Source of the DNA: Oculina patagonica
Taxonomy: Eukaryota
Length of the DNA: 64,000 nt
Direction: 5' to 3'
NCBI RefSeq assembly: GCF_052425735.1
Contig: NC_135759.1
Span: 31,372,001 to 31,436,000 of the forward strand
Part shown: piece after piece, positions 1-11,775 of the stretch
Layout of the letters: every line of letters begins with the position of its first letter
Numbering within the stretch: the first letter of the stretch is position 1
Notes under the pieces: generated by a model
Databases searched by the model: none
What the model saw: the letters and a program-made list of their open reading frames with translations, nothing else
Told to the model about the DNA's origin: nothing
Position numbers and translations under genes: made by a program

Positions 1-1
1 G

Positions 2-773
2 AGCCTCTCAAACGTTGCTTGGTTGAGCTTGATTGGCATCGTATCCGTGTTAGTTCCAGTTGGTTCTGTAATGTGGTATGGAATAAGCCACAGTTCTGGT
101 TGGCAACTCAGTTCAATCCCACTTTGGAAACCGGAAGGAATTCCTGTAGCTTTTGGGATTGTTATATTCAGCAATGCGGCTCACAGCATTCTTCCACGGC
201 TAGAAGGAGACATGGCGAATAAAGGAAAGTTTAATGTAATGCTGGGCTTTTCATACATATTTATAACATGCCTCAAGCTAGCATTTTCTTTTTGCGGCTT
301 TTTGTCATTTACTACACATACGAAGGATCTTGTCACTAATAACCTCCCACAAGGTGTGGTCTATTACATTACATGTGTGTTTCTAGGGATAAACGTCCTG
401 GCATCTTATCCATTTCCCGTTCTTATTGTCGTTAGGTCCATTGAAGATGCTATATCGCCAGATAGTATGCTAGATAGACTGCCAACAGCTGTTTGGTTTG
501 TCTGTGTGCGAGTGTCTTTGGTGCTTCTCACTTTGGGCGCTGCGGTAGCTTGTTCCACACTTTGCACTGATGCTAGCGTTTGTTGGCAGTTTGACTTCTG
601 CCACAACGTGCTTTGTATTGCCCTGCTTGTTTCATCTGAAATTAAGACATGCTAAGTTACGTATCTATCAGAAAATTCTAGATTATTGTATCATCGCGTT
701 TGGATTAGCTGCTGCTGGTTTCGGCATTGTTTTCTCTGGAAAAGCTCTAGTCGCAGTGTATGAAGAAAGATAA
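2..773 (+). CDS. Vesicular inhibitory amino acid transporter (VIAAT/SLC32-like, Aa_trans family), 3' portion, with an apparent +1 frameshift at 550-551
   Basis: The frame is open from the window edge (SLSNVAWLSLIG...FGIVIFSNAAHSILPRLEGDM...SYPFP...RVSLVLLTLGAAVA). It continues in the +1 frame from 552 as VPHFALMLAFVGSLTSATTCFVLPCLFHLKL...stop 773, a typical Aa_trans C-terminal TM motif (vPhF..l...vGs......FvLP). Confidence 0.8.
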
Positions 774-966
774 AAAATGCTTTCAGGATGGCAGGAAGAC
801 TAAACCTGGGTTAGACCTGTTTGAGGTGAAATTAGGTTATATGTCGCACTGTACACTGACGTGGATGCACATTTTGAGACTCAGTATTCTACGGATTTTT
901 AGTTACTGACTTTAAAACTTGCAAACGAAGTTGAGGGGATGTCAATTAGAATAAACATGTAACTTA

Positions 967-1199
967 TGCGGCCTTCACACAACAACCTTAAATTGGCAAA
1001 CTCATGTTGGCAAACTCAAGTTGGTGTGTACTGTGTGAACAGCACAACAACAGTTGGCAAACTGTTGGTGAGAATAGAGACAAGTTCTGTTTTGTCGCCA
1101 ACAGTTGGCCAACTTGTTTGCCGTTGTTGCGTCGTTCACACACACCAACTCGAGTTTGCCAACGCGAGTTGGTCAATAGTTTGTCGTGTGAAGGCCGCT
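967..1199. mobile_element. Palindromic MITE, PIF/Harbinger-like (TTA target duplication)
   Basis: GCGGCCTTCACAC at 968-980 and its reverse complement GTGTGAAGGCCGC at 1186-1198; internally self-complementary; TTA at 964-966 and 1200-1202. Confidence 0.8.
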
Positions 1200-2871
1200 T
1201 TAGAGAGAGTTTCAGGACGTCATCTCTTCGTGTTCAAACGTTTTAAAATGATATTAAATTTTGACAAGCCAATTGCCTATCACTGTTATGGCAGATCCCA
1301 TAACGACGAGCTTTTGTGTTGATTCGTTCTGTTTCCGTCCAAGGCCTTTTCAAGTCATTTGCACCAAGAGAAAGCTTGGCCAAGTAGAGACCACCTGAAT
1401 ATAATGAAAACCTTATCACCATGGATCGTTTCTCAAAATACAACAATTGCTTAAGTAAAATAATTACTTTACTCTAATTACGAAACTCGTAACGTTGCTT
1501 CGCTTGGTGATCACAATTTAAGAAAAGTTTTTAAAGCAAAAGGGAACAGGTGAGACTACTTGTCGAAAATAATCGTCACATTGAAAATCGTGTCTTACAC
1601 TGCAGGTTACAAAGCACTTTTAGACACTTGAATTGAATTGAATTATTCATATATCAAGCAGTATGTTTATGGAAAGTATGCCATGTACATAAATTATCAC
1701 CGAAGCAGAATTAACAGATATTAGAATTGATAGAAATAACATTATATTCAGTGAAACGTACGGTGATTTTTTTGGTTTTACACTGATCCGTGACGAGGTT
1801 CCATCACACTTTTAAAACCAAAGGGTAAGTACTTTTAATGTACTTGAAAATTCTACTTCAAAAACTCATCAAATGAGCGGCCCTTAACCACCATACTGTT
1901 ATGGTCGATTGAGATGCGATGACTTTTTTTCGGTTACGGCTACGGAATTGTTTGGTTTTTTATCTTGTTGAGGGCGCTGGAAAGTTTAGTCGGGTTCATA
2001 TAATAGGACATCTTAAAGTGTAGTCTTCGAAGTAAGCGGCAACCGGCATTCATCATTGGAATGGTACTGTATTCCAGCTTGTCGCATTTCAAAAGCGTTT
2101 TTCTTCATCCTCGCTCCGAAAATTCATTCTCATTAAGCAGTTTGACTACAAGCCCGATACGTTTTGTCTTTGCTATTTAAAGCTATTCATTCGTACAAAG
2201 ATGTAACCTATAACTGTCAAGCCCCGACTCAGTAAACGATTTATATCCGGCTAAATTTTCAAACATTGTCCCTCACGGCCGGTTCACAAAAATTGTAAGT
2301 GAAAATGTTTGATGGGAACGATCTGAACTGAAATGCCGGAACTTACGCTACAACTATATCTTGTTGATGTGGCAAAGTGAAAATGTTACGAAGACTCTAC
2401 TTATAAAGTTTGCATGCGATAAAGCTAATTTAATGCCAAAATGCAAGGATCCAAGACAAATTTTCAACTGCGTTTAAATGCAGATTTTTTTCTTTTTTTA
2501 ATGCGTCATTCGTCGTCTGTCTAGAGCTTTTTATCAAAACGTGTTATCTACTTTACATAACGCTGTAAATTGGAATCGCCTTATTTTGATGAATTGCTTA
2601 GGTTTAAGACAAATTTATGTTTTATTTTATATGTCTCTTTTGTTATCAAGGATTAACGAACGGGTAGTTTAATAATGATCCATTTTGAATGCCCTGAGGT
2701 GAGGTGGTAAACCCGAAGGGGCTTTAAATTATTATATTATTATTCCACCAAAACGCAACGAAAAAATTATAAACTGAATTCTAGCAAGTGGGCAATAAAT
2801 ATTGTGCAAATATCAGATTTTGTTAATTTATCGTACTTTAATTGGTAAGCCTTTAAATACGTCGTTTACCT

Positions 2872-2920
2872 TAGACTTCGAGCAGTCCTTTTCGTAGTCC
2901 GTCGAGCGGCTCGTAGTCTA
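2872..2920. repeat. Short hairpin / mini-MITE remnant just upstream of GPCR1
   Basis: Inverted ends TAGACTTCGAGC ... GCTCGTAGTCTA. Confidence 0.5.
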
Positions 2921-2979
2921 CGTTTACCTCATTATTATTGTCACTTATATCTCTAGGAGCTGGCAGTGCCCTACGAAAA

Positions 2980-4098
2980 ATGGCAAATGAGACAGTCGAT
3001 ATAGTAAAGCACTCTACTAGTACTAGTGCTGGGCCGAAAGCCGATCATTTCCTCGTTCCACAGCTAGTCAGCTTTGGTGTGATAATACCTATAACTGTCT
3101 TGGGAAATTTATTCATTTGTTGGATAGAACTCAAAAGAAAATCACGCAAGAGCAGTGGCTATTTCATAATAAATCTCGCCGTGAGTGATCTAGCTGTAGG
3201 CTTTGTGAGTATTCCTCTTGACATCGCTGAACAGCTCTCCAACGGTTGGCCCTTTTTCCCCTTTATGTGCAAAGTGGTCTACCCTCTTCAAACTGTTCTC
3301 ATGGCTGTATCCGTCATTACACTACTTTGCATGAGTGTAGAGCGTTACCGGGCAGTTGTCACGCCTTTCAAGCCCAAACCAAGTGGCAGATTTATCGTTA
3401 GAGTCATCGCCTCAGTATGGACAATGAGCATTCTGTTGGTTACTCCATACACCTTAGTATTGAGAATGAAAGATGGCAACTGTGTAGAGGATTGGCCAAG
3501 CCAAAACCACGTTAAAATCTACACCGCCAGTGTTTTTTCACTGCTATACCTCTTGCCGCTCACCCTAATCACTATTTGCTATACGAAAATTGGTCTTTAC
3601 TTGCACAAGGAAGCAAAAAGATGGAAGTCAATGGCAAAATACTACGGTAACTCAGTACGTCAGGGGCGTCGAATATCGAATGCTCGTCACAGGCAGAACA
3701 TCAAAATCGTTAAAGCCTTTGTTGCGGCTGTGATGGCATTTGCAATATGCCAGTTACCCACCCATGTCATTTGGCTTTGGCATGATTTTGGAACTGGAAG
3801 CAAGTGGAAGTACTTGTACGATGTTTTGCCATTCTGTCACATTCTTACTTACCTGAACAGCGCTATTGATCCATTTATCTTTGGAAGCCTTAATGCACGG
3901 ATCTTTCGAAAGAAGGTTAGGTCGATGTTGAGTGGCTCCAAAGGAAAAAAGCTTTGCCGGGAAAATGGAGAAAGTGGAAAGGCAATATTGAGACAGGAAG
4001 AAGAAAATGCGAGAAAAAACAGCAGAGCGATTCGAAAGAAGTGTTTGTTAGTGAGAGATAAAAGAAGAAGGACATCCACCATGGAAAGCAATGTCTAG
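2980..4098 (+). CDS. Rhodopsin-like (class A) GPCR, neuropeptide-receptor-like, intronless (GPCR1)
   Basis: Seven hydrophobic segments; GN in TM1, NLAVSDL in TM2, ERY at the end of TM3, CQLP in TM6, NSAIDPFIF in TM7. First ATG is 2980 (MANET, N-glycan sequon); the ORF-track start at 2938 is TTG. Confidence 0.92.
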   Translation: MANETVDIVKHSTSTSAGPKADHFLVPQLVSFGVIIPITVLGNLFICWIELKRKSRKSSGYFIINLAVSDLAVGFVSIPLDIAEQLSNGWPFFPFMCKVVYPLQTVLMAVSVITLLCMSVERYRAVVTPFKPKPSGRFIVRVIASVWTMSILLVTPYTLVLRMKDGNCVEDWPSQNHVKIYTASVFSLLYLLPLTLITICYTKIGLYLHKEAKRWKSMAKYYGNSVRQGRRISNARHRQNIKIVKAFVAAVMAFAICQLPTHVIWLWHDFGTGSKWKYLYDVLPFCHILTYLNSAIDPFIFGSLNARIFRKKVRSMLSGSKGKKLCRENGESGKAILRQEEENARKNSRAIRKKCLLVRDKRRRTSTMESNV

Positions 4099-4433
4099 TT
4101 AAAATTTGGGGAGAAAAAACGAGACAGTATAGAAGCTTATAACTAAAGACAATATTTTCTGCTCTGTGATTGGCTGAGAGTATGATGATTTATCCTAAAC
4201 CATTGACAGTCAGCGTTTTAGATATTCTGAATATTGTGGCAGAGACTTTAAGTACGCAGCGAGGCGACATGAGTTAAGGGGATCAAACTCTCGTTTTCAT
4301 TTACCCTCGTGCGCTCACGTCACATTTGAATCTGCACAAATTTTCGTGACAGTTTGCAAGACCTTTCGCTTGCTTAACAGACAAGTTATGCCACTTCTTG
4401 TGTCTTTTTATTTCCCTTGACAGCAAGCAGATG

Positions 4434-4845
4434 ATAGAATAAAAACCCGCGAGTAAGAACCTGCATTTTTCCAAGTTAGCCTAACAGGTTCTTACATAAA
4501 TGGTTATTAGCACAAATTTAGGCTATTTTGGTTTTGATTTAGGTTCTTATTTTCCTGAAGAAAGATTTACCTTATTGTTGTCAATAGGGTTTTTGGTGTT
4601 TTTCAGCCCTTTCCCTTTATTTGTATTTTTGTGAAATGTATTAATAATATTTTATGATTTTCAACATTGGATTTACATTCAACTGCTCCTAGGTTAAAAA
4701 TTTTTTTTTTTTTTAAATTTTTTTTTTAATACTATTTCCAAATTTTAGGCTTAAGAGGTTCTTATAAAAAGTGTGTCTAACTGGCAATTTTTAGCATAAC
4801 GGGTTCTTAAAAATTAGGTTCTTACTCGCTACGGTTTTTACTGTA
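4434..4845. mobile_element. MITE with TIRs (AAAAACCGCGAGTAAGAACCT type)
   Basis: TAAAAACCCGCGAGTAAGAACCT near 4440 versus AGGTTCTTACTCGCTACGGTTTTTACTGTA ending at 4845; AT-rich, partly garbled interior. Confidence 0.6.
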
Positions 4846-6654
4846 CTCCATGATAAAGTTTCTCTCTTTTCTCAGTTGAATTGAACTCACCGGCGTCCTT
4901 TTTAGCCCTCATCGCGCGCTTTCGTTCGCGAAAGCTTCGAGTTGGGAACCGAAGTCTCCCCACATACTAGTCGGCTATGATAACCACTACACCATCAGGA
5001 CAACAACAATATCGAAGAGGTGGTTTGTTTGATTCAAGGTGATACACGACAGAAGTCAACTTAGTGGATGACAAGGAAGGATCAACAAGGGTTACAGGCT
5101 ATTTTTATCTGTATATGAATAGTATTTGAAAGAGTATAGTGTGGTAGAGTTAGGGGAGTCCAGGTTGTATGATGTATCTTATAACAAAATTTTCCGCACA
5201 AGTTCCGTAAAGAAATCCGTGAATGGTTGCGACAATAGATTTTACGTAGAACGTTACACTTTTAAAATTACGGCTTAATGACAAATTTAACACATCACTA
5301 AAAAACGCGCACGCAGTAAAATTTACATTGATTTTCAGATTAAATCTTGTATTCAAATTGACTCCTTAACTATTATTTTAAGGGTAGATTTTGTAGAACG
5401 TTTTTGCAAATTGTACATGTTACAATTCTTTGTCATGTGGCTGTTTCAGAAAAAAAATCCTTCACTTGATTCATATGCGAAGGAGATTGCTTAGAGATAC
5501 TTCATTGGTTCATTAAATGAAATTCATTTTTTAACGAAATCTCTATTTAGTTTCGAGTATTTAACGCTGAGCTTAATAATTGAAGGATTTTTGATATCCA
5601 TAATCTGATATAGAGTTTGCCAAGCCCAAAAGCGGAGATCCACAGTAATTATTTCTTAAGCGCGGTGCCGACTTGTAAATTACGACAATAACTTTAAGAT
5701 CTCGAATTACGCGTATTGCAACCAAGCAAATACTGGTAGTGAATGGTTATTTCCTCTTTTCTTTTCACTTGTATATATATTTTTTACTTTACTTTACTCT
5801 ACTATGCCCTCTTTCTTTATTTTCTTTCTTGAGGTATAGGGCCCAGCTCCGGCACGCACAGTGCAGGTGGCGTACGAGCGGACGGACGGACGGACCGACG
5901 GACAACCACGTGACAACCAAACATTTTTCAGCTCATTGGTTCTTAGGTATAGGATCCGCTTGCACGCGCCTTCGGAAAGGAGGGAGCTCCGTTATTACCT
6001 TGATTTCTCTTTACAGACTGCATTGTTAGTGTTATAATATAAAACGGGTTTTAGAGGTTTAGAATTGATTTTTATATACACAGAAACGACATTGTATTAT
6101 TTGTATACACAGAGGGGTTTTGTAAATGGCCAATGTGAAAGTCATTACCTTGGCCAACCAAAACAAACGGAAGTAATGCGCTGAACCAATCAGAACGTGA
6201 AGCAAACGTACGTAGCAGGTGCAAAGCGTAAGATAACCGCGTCATTAAAGTCCAGTCTTCTATAGCTTTACTTCTTATTACTTGAACAAATGTCATACTT
6301 GCTTTAATTGTTTAGTCATTATTTCGGCGGTTAATTGACAACCCCCTTTGATCTTCACGTTTACTCTTCTTGCCTTTTTTCTTGTTGTCCTTGATGTCTA
6401 CGCTTTTCCTGTGGATTCTTTTAAAAGCCTCGAAAAGTCTGGCGAAATGACAATAAAAGTCGTCGAACTAGACTGTCGTAGACGTGCGAAAAAGTCAAAA
6501 CAGACGTCTTTATTTTTCCAAAGGAATTTTGGGTTTATTATTTTTATCGAAAATCTGCCATTATTTGCAGATTAAGAATAATGGCTTTATCAAAGTCCAG
6601 CAATGTATTTCGATAATGGAATAGCGTTAATCACTGGATGACGTGTCGGCAAAC

Positions 6655-6869
6655 TTAAAGGAGCTACGTCTCGTAGAATGCCAGTTTTTCAAGTTTGTTG
6701 TTCGTAATGTCTCTTAATCTTCGTCAGTCGAAACCATCTTTGGTTATTTTCGTGTTTTTATTACTCCTTTGTTGTTTTTCTATGTTAAAAAACTATTATT
6801 TTGAGGTTTCCTTAAATTTATAAGTAATCAGAAAAAATGGCTTAAAATATCGTGACACTGCTCCTTTAA
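6655..6869. mobile_element. TTAA-flanked MITE (Kolobok-like), copy 1, in the 3' region of GPCR2
   Basis: TTAAAGGAGC...GCTCCTTTAA termini; the interior (cttaatctt..tcagtcg.aaccat...ttactcctttgttgtttt...tttgaggtttcctt) matches the copy at 14400-14609. Confidence 0.7.
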
Positions 6870-6932
6870 GCCAATCCAGTAGTTTGTTATTTCACCCGCA
6901 GACAAGCAGGCGCTAATGCCATTCGCCCCCCA

Positions 6933-8087
6933 CTATACAACTTCCTCTCCCTCCTCCACCTGCCATTTCTGTTGCACTCGTTTTATGAAGCTTGGACGAG
7001 ACATAATGTCGGACATTTCTCGAACTCGCAAGTAAAATTTCGGTGCTTTTGAAGACAAGCGGGAGATGATTGAAGATTCATGGCGTCCGTGTTCCTTGTT
7101 TGAGCCATTGCAGCAGTTTCTGATTCGTATTTTTCCAAAAATAAATGGGTTTATAGCACTGTTTATGTACACCATGATATTGCAGAAGACTACAACTTCA
7201 TTAAAGTACTTGAAATTTTTTCCTTGACCAAAGTCGTGCCAGAGCCATAAAACGTGGTTTGGCAGAAGACAGATGGCGAAAACTACAACTGCAGTGACAA
7301 ACACTTTCACAACCTTAATATTTTGCTCAGCACGCTTTTTAACATGTTTGCATAAACTGTGGTTACGTCCACTGAATAGATGCTGCAGTCTTTTCAATTC
7401 ACAGGACAGCTTTTGCATAACGCTTACATAGTTCGCCGTTATGACTAGCAAAGGGATGAAGTAAAGCAACAAAAACACACTCATGGTGAAGCTTTTGACG
7501 AAAATTTCCCGCGGCCATTTTTCCCGGCACTGGTCTCCTTCAAGATGCAGTATGCTAGCGTACGGCGCGACGGCAGCCATAGAGACCAACCAAGTTGCTG
7601 ATATCATCACGAAAGCTGTCTTTACTTGGATTCTTGGCTTTAAAGGTGTAACAATAGCTCTGTGTCTTTCAACGCTTAGACACAACAGAGTTAGAACTGA
7701 GGTGCCCATCAGCATTGTTTGGATTGGGTACACAACATGACACATGGAAGGGCCAAGCAGGAATTTCCCGGTCAAGAGTTCCGTTAAATCCAAGGGAATA
7801 CTAAATATGCTTGCACCAAGGTCTGTAAGCGCCAAATTGAGGATGAAAAATTCGTTTGGCTTTCGCCTTTTTTGTAGATATATTGCTAAACAGACCAGAA
7901 GATTTCCTAGCGAGCCTACAATGATGACCGTTACATACAGACTAAGTTGTATCACCTGCGTAATCCCGGTTCCAATATTTTTTGCGCTTACTGAATCATT
8001 CGTTGTGTTGGAACCCATAGCAGAAGATGTTTTATCAACCGACTTAGACAGAACGTTCGAATGGACTGATATAAGCTTTAAGTTCAT
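6933..8087 (-). CDS. Rhodopsin-like (class A) GPCR, neuropeptide-receptor-like, intronless (GPCR2, paralogue of GPCR1)
   Basis: GN, NLALTDL, ERH, CLLP and NSAINPFIF motifs; shares SIPLD, VVYP.QT.LM, P.HV.WLWHDFG.G with GPCR1. An alternative start is the MGSNTTNDS Met at 8018. Confidence 0.92.
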   Translation of the reverse strand: MNLKLISVHSNVLSKSVDKTSSAMGSNTTNDSVSAKNIGTGITQVIQLSLYVTVIIVGSLGNLLVCLAIYLQKRRKPNEFFILNLALTDLGASIFSIPLDLTELLTGKFLLGPSMCHVVYPIQTMLMGTSVLTLLCLSVERHRAIVTPLKPRIQVKTAFVMISATWLVSMAAVAPYASILHLEGDQCREKWPREIFVKSFTMSVFLLLYFIPLLVITANYVSVMQKLSCELKRLQHLFSGRNHSLCKHVKKRAEQNIKVVKVFVTAVVVFAICLLPNHVLWLWHDFGQGKNFKYFNEVVVFCNIMVYINSAINPFIFGKIRIRNCCNGSNKEHGRHESSIISRLSSKAPKFYLRVREMSDIMSRPSFIKRVQQKWQVEEGEEVV

Positions 8088-9676
8088 TAAGGCTGACTTT
8101 CATTAACCTCTTTTGCATCTCACGAAGAAAGAGCCAATTCATTATACGAAATAGCCAAAACACAAACGTATTTCCTATAGTTTTCTAATTTGCGAGTATA
8201 AACTCCCCCCCAGCCGACAAAAATGTTTTTGTTATCTCAAACATTTATTTTTAAACATTTCTTATTCTAATGTAAATAAATCACTTAATGTAAGATTCTA
8301 AAAGGAACAAACACCAATAGAAAACGTACAAACACAAGTCATCACCAAAAAAGAACATGTTTTTAAAACCTTTTTAGTGAGACAATCCATTATTATGTAG
8401 GTTTTACTGTTTTTATTGCCATGCCGGCAATTTTGTTATCGAATAATGGGAAATACTTTTCATATGTCAGAACATATACTTTGTTTGGCTTTTTGCAAAT
8501 TAACGTACACTATTACGCAGTTTCCCGGTTAAAATGGGCATATTGACATTCATTAATCATGAAAGTTATGGAGTCACGAAGCGATTTCTGATTAATATAC
8601 GCCTCTTTTTGTATTTCTTTTACCATAAACCTGAAAGAAATTTGCAGTGGGAAATCATTAAATTTCTTCTGAAGTGAAAAAAATTCTAAGATTTAGTTTT
8701 GCTAAGCTTTGTTCCTTTCTTGACTCAAGCCGTGTAGGTTTGTGATTCGCCGTCGAAGCAATACTTCCTACATGCACATTAGTCATTTTAGCGTCGCAAC
8801 CCTCTTTGACTGTCAAGCTGATTGTGTTTTGATTAACTGCGGTAGAGGATGGATTTCTAAATAAAAATATAACGCGTTCTTTTCTTGATCAGCATTAATT
8901 TTCTCACAGGTCAGGATAAAATAAACCAAGGTTTTGTTATCCCTCTGGACAATGATTAATTTAATAATTTTCTTAGCAAGTAATATAACAAAAATATTCA
9001 AAATATTCAAAAACATACTCGATTGATTTTGAAAACGGAAGAATAAAAAAAGAACTTTCAGTTGTGTAAAAACAAAAGTGGTTCAAATTTTGACGACGAT
9101 TTGATGACGTCACGAGTGGTAGGAAATCATCACGCGCGAGCGGCATGCAGGTGCAACCTTGCCAAACAGAGTCCTTGGTATCGGCCGGTCTCAAAATCAA
9201 AATCACATTTTTATCGTCGCTGAACGTCTTCAACGGAAAACCCACACTAAATCGTCCAATTTCAAATTTGAATCGGTTGACCAATATTGGATTCAAAGGC
9301 GAAGCAGGAATGAAAATAAATTTTGTTTGAAGTGGTAAAATTAAAATATTCAAATTGCCCGTGCGTCTATCTTCTGATAAAGTACAGAGGACAAGTCAAA
9401 ACAAGTTACCTTGGTTTGACGTCATCTGTACATTATCAGGAGACAGACACACGGACAAATGGAGTCTGTCTTGTTAAAAATGCAAGCACAAAATAAATAC
9501 GCGGCCAACGTCAAACAACTCCCTTTTCAAGTTATAATGTACGGTGCGTGCGTCATGAGTTTGGGGGTGTGCAATTTTTCTGTCATTTTAGGACATGCAG
9601 GAAACGCATTCGAGCCTCCCTGTGCGACCACCTTCCGAAAGCGACGCTTTACCAAAATAGCAAAATGTTTCAAGTC

Positions 9677-10724
9677 TAATAATATACATCAACAAATTTC
9701 TCGAATCTGATTGGCTTAGAGAAATGCAGTTTTTAGGAAATTTGATGCAGAAATGACGAAATTCAGTGCAGAAATGAGGAAATCCAGTGCAGAAAAAAGA
9801 AAAAAACGCGGCATCTTGATTGGTTAATAAACAAAGGCAGCCACAGAGGGCCAATCAAACGCTACCACGCGATTTGAATGGCGCGAAGTTTGGATCTGCT
9901 TCGAGATGCGAGTGAAAAAAATGGCTGGCGTTTTGAGCACAGTAGAGGACAAGAAAACAGCTCTAAATACCATAGCACTGAAAAGCACTGGTTTTTGGTT
10001 CTCGTTTTGGAATTACTGGTTACCTAAGAAGGAAATTGCCGACGAAATCGAAACTACAAGCCGACTAAGCTTCACGATTTGCTTGAGCCGAATTCAAAAA
10101 CAACAAACACATTTACGAAGATTATGGACCAGAAAGCCTCAAAGTTATGCTCACAAAGCTGGAAAGACACTGTACTTAGAGAACAGAACTTATGGGCTTT
10201 CTAGTGTACGAGACAGATATTTTTTTTTGTCCAAGGAAGTGTTAAAATGAAAAGCGAAACAGCTTCACTTGGCTGGCCGTCTAGTTGAAAGCGCTCGACA
10301 AGTAGAAGCAGAAGGAAATCTCTGGATGAGGTAAAACCCAGAATCTTTTATTCAGACAATTCGTTTGACTGTTTAGCCAGATTTTTCGACTAAAAAACCT
10401 TTAAAACATTGAGGAACCTGTACGTTGTTTGGGCTTTGACCTTGTTTTGAATGAACGCGTGATGATGATATTTGCCGAGTTTGAATAAATTGTTTTTGTA
10501 CGAGATTTTCGCATGTTATTTTCTCGCAATTTTTTCATGAATATTATTAATAAGTAATCACATGATTTTTCTCGTGCAATGTGGGATAAATAAGCACTCG
10601 TAAATTTTTCAAAGACTTCAAATTGCACTCGCCCTACGAGCTTGTGCAATTTTGTTAGCCTTTGAAAAATTTACTTGTGCTTATTTATCCCAAATTGCAC
10701 TTGAAATCATGTGATTACCTATAC
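9677..10724 (+). mobile_element. Degenerate Crypton-like (DUF3504/ZMYM-KIAA1958-related tyrosine recombinase) element with terminal hairpin
   Basis: Frameshifted fragments at ~9920-10330 read NT..KSTGFW...W, EDYGPESLKVMLTKLERH, TYGLSSVRDRYFFLSKEVLK*KAKQLHLAGR, the pattern of Crypton-type recombinase N-termini (recognised from memory). Long imperfect hairpin at 10554-10718. Confidence 0.65.
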
Positions 10725-11775
10725 AAATCACTGTATATTGGAGCCTCTTGTAAGCGACCACATCTAGTAGGCGTCCATGACCACTCTTATGCCTGAGGGC
10801 TTGAAAATTTCTGTGTTGACCTTCGGTAAGGTACCATTTCACATGACCCGACCTCACTATTTCTCATGTTTGAAGTTCACAAGTGTCTATTGGTTCATAG
10901 CGACACAGTGAGTGTCCCCGTGGGAAATTGATATACACCTGATTGAAGAAACGTTGACCCGTGAAAAGATAAAACAATGCGACCCAAATGTTTACTGGGA
11001 TATCGGAAAAAGTAATCGTCTTCTGTGACAGAATGAACATTATCATACAACAGGTTGCGTAAATCATGCTCTTAAAGCTCTCAAAGAAAATATTGCCTTG
11101 ATTATAAATAAAATGAATATTACTAAGCTTATCAATGTTGTCTACCCATGATCCCACTCGGTCTTATCGTTCATGGTTTGAGCTTTTCACAGCTCACGTT
11201 TCTTCAATCAGGTATAAACGCATTAGGGACACTCTAGAAGTACGAGAAGCACGAGGCCCGTGTTCTAATAAATGCCTGATCGATCCTGAGTATTTACTAT
11301 AACTCAACAATACACTTGGGTGTGATAAGTATTTCCTTAATAAACAATGTGCAGTTTCTGAATTTCCGAAATCAGCCGAACTGAAAACGACGCAAAATTG
11401 CATAAAGACATCTGTTGGCATGTCGATTGACAAATATTTTAGACACATTTTAACCTAAGACAGCCGGTTCATTTTAAGGAAATTAACTATGAAATAGTGC
11501 TCGAATATTACCGAATATGAACGGTCTTCAGTCCTCGTATTCCTCGATCGATCTAGATCTTGTCTTTTCTATCAAAATCAAAATTCCTCCCCTCTCGCTT
11601 CTCTACCTTTTCATTGCCCCAAATTCTTTCCTTTTCTCGCTGAGTTAAAAAGGAACTGAGATTTAAATAAATACAAACAACTGTACACTTGTCATATGCC
11701 ACTGAGCAATTTTATTCAGTGATTGTTTACATGGTTTCCTGTGTGATGCATACAGCTCCTACAGCTGGGCTGTCT

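Noticed and set aside
966-1322. Overlapping ORFs 966..1322, 988..1176 and 1004..1246
   Set aside because: They result from a palindromic MITE and show no protein motifs.
3849-8106. Antisense ORFs over the GPCRs (and over the bHLH-Orange exon)
   Set aside because: Shadow ORFs of real coding sequence.
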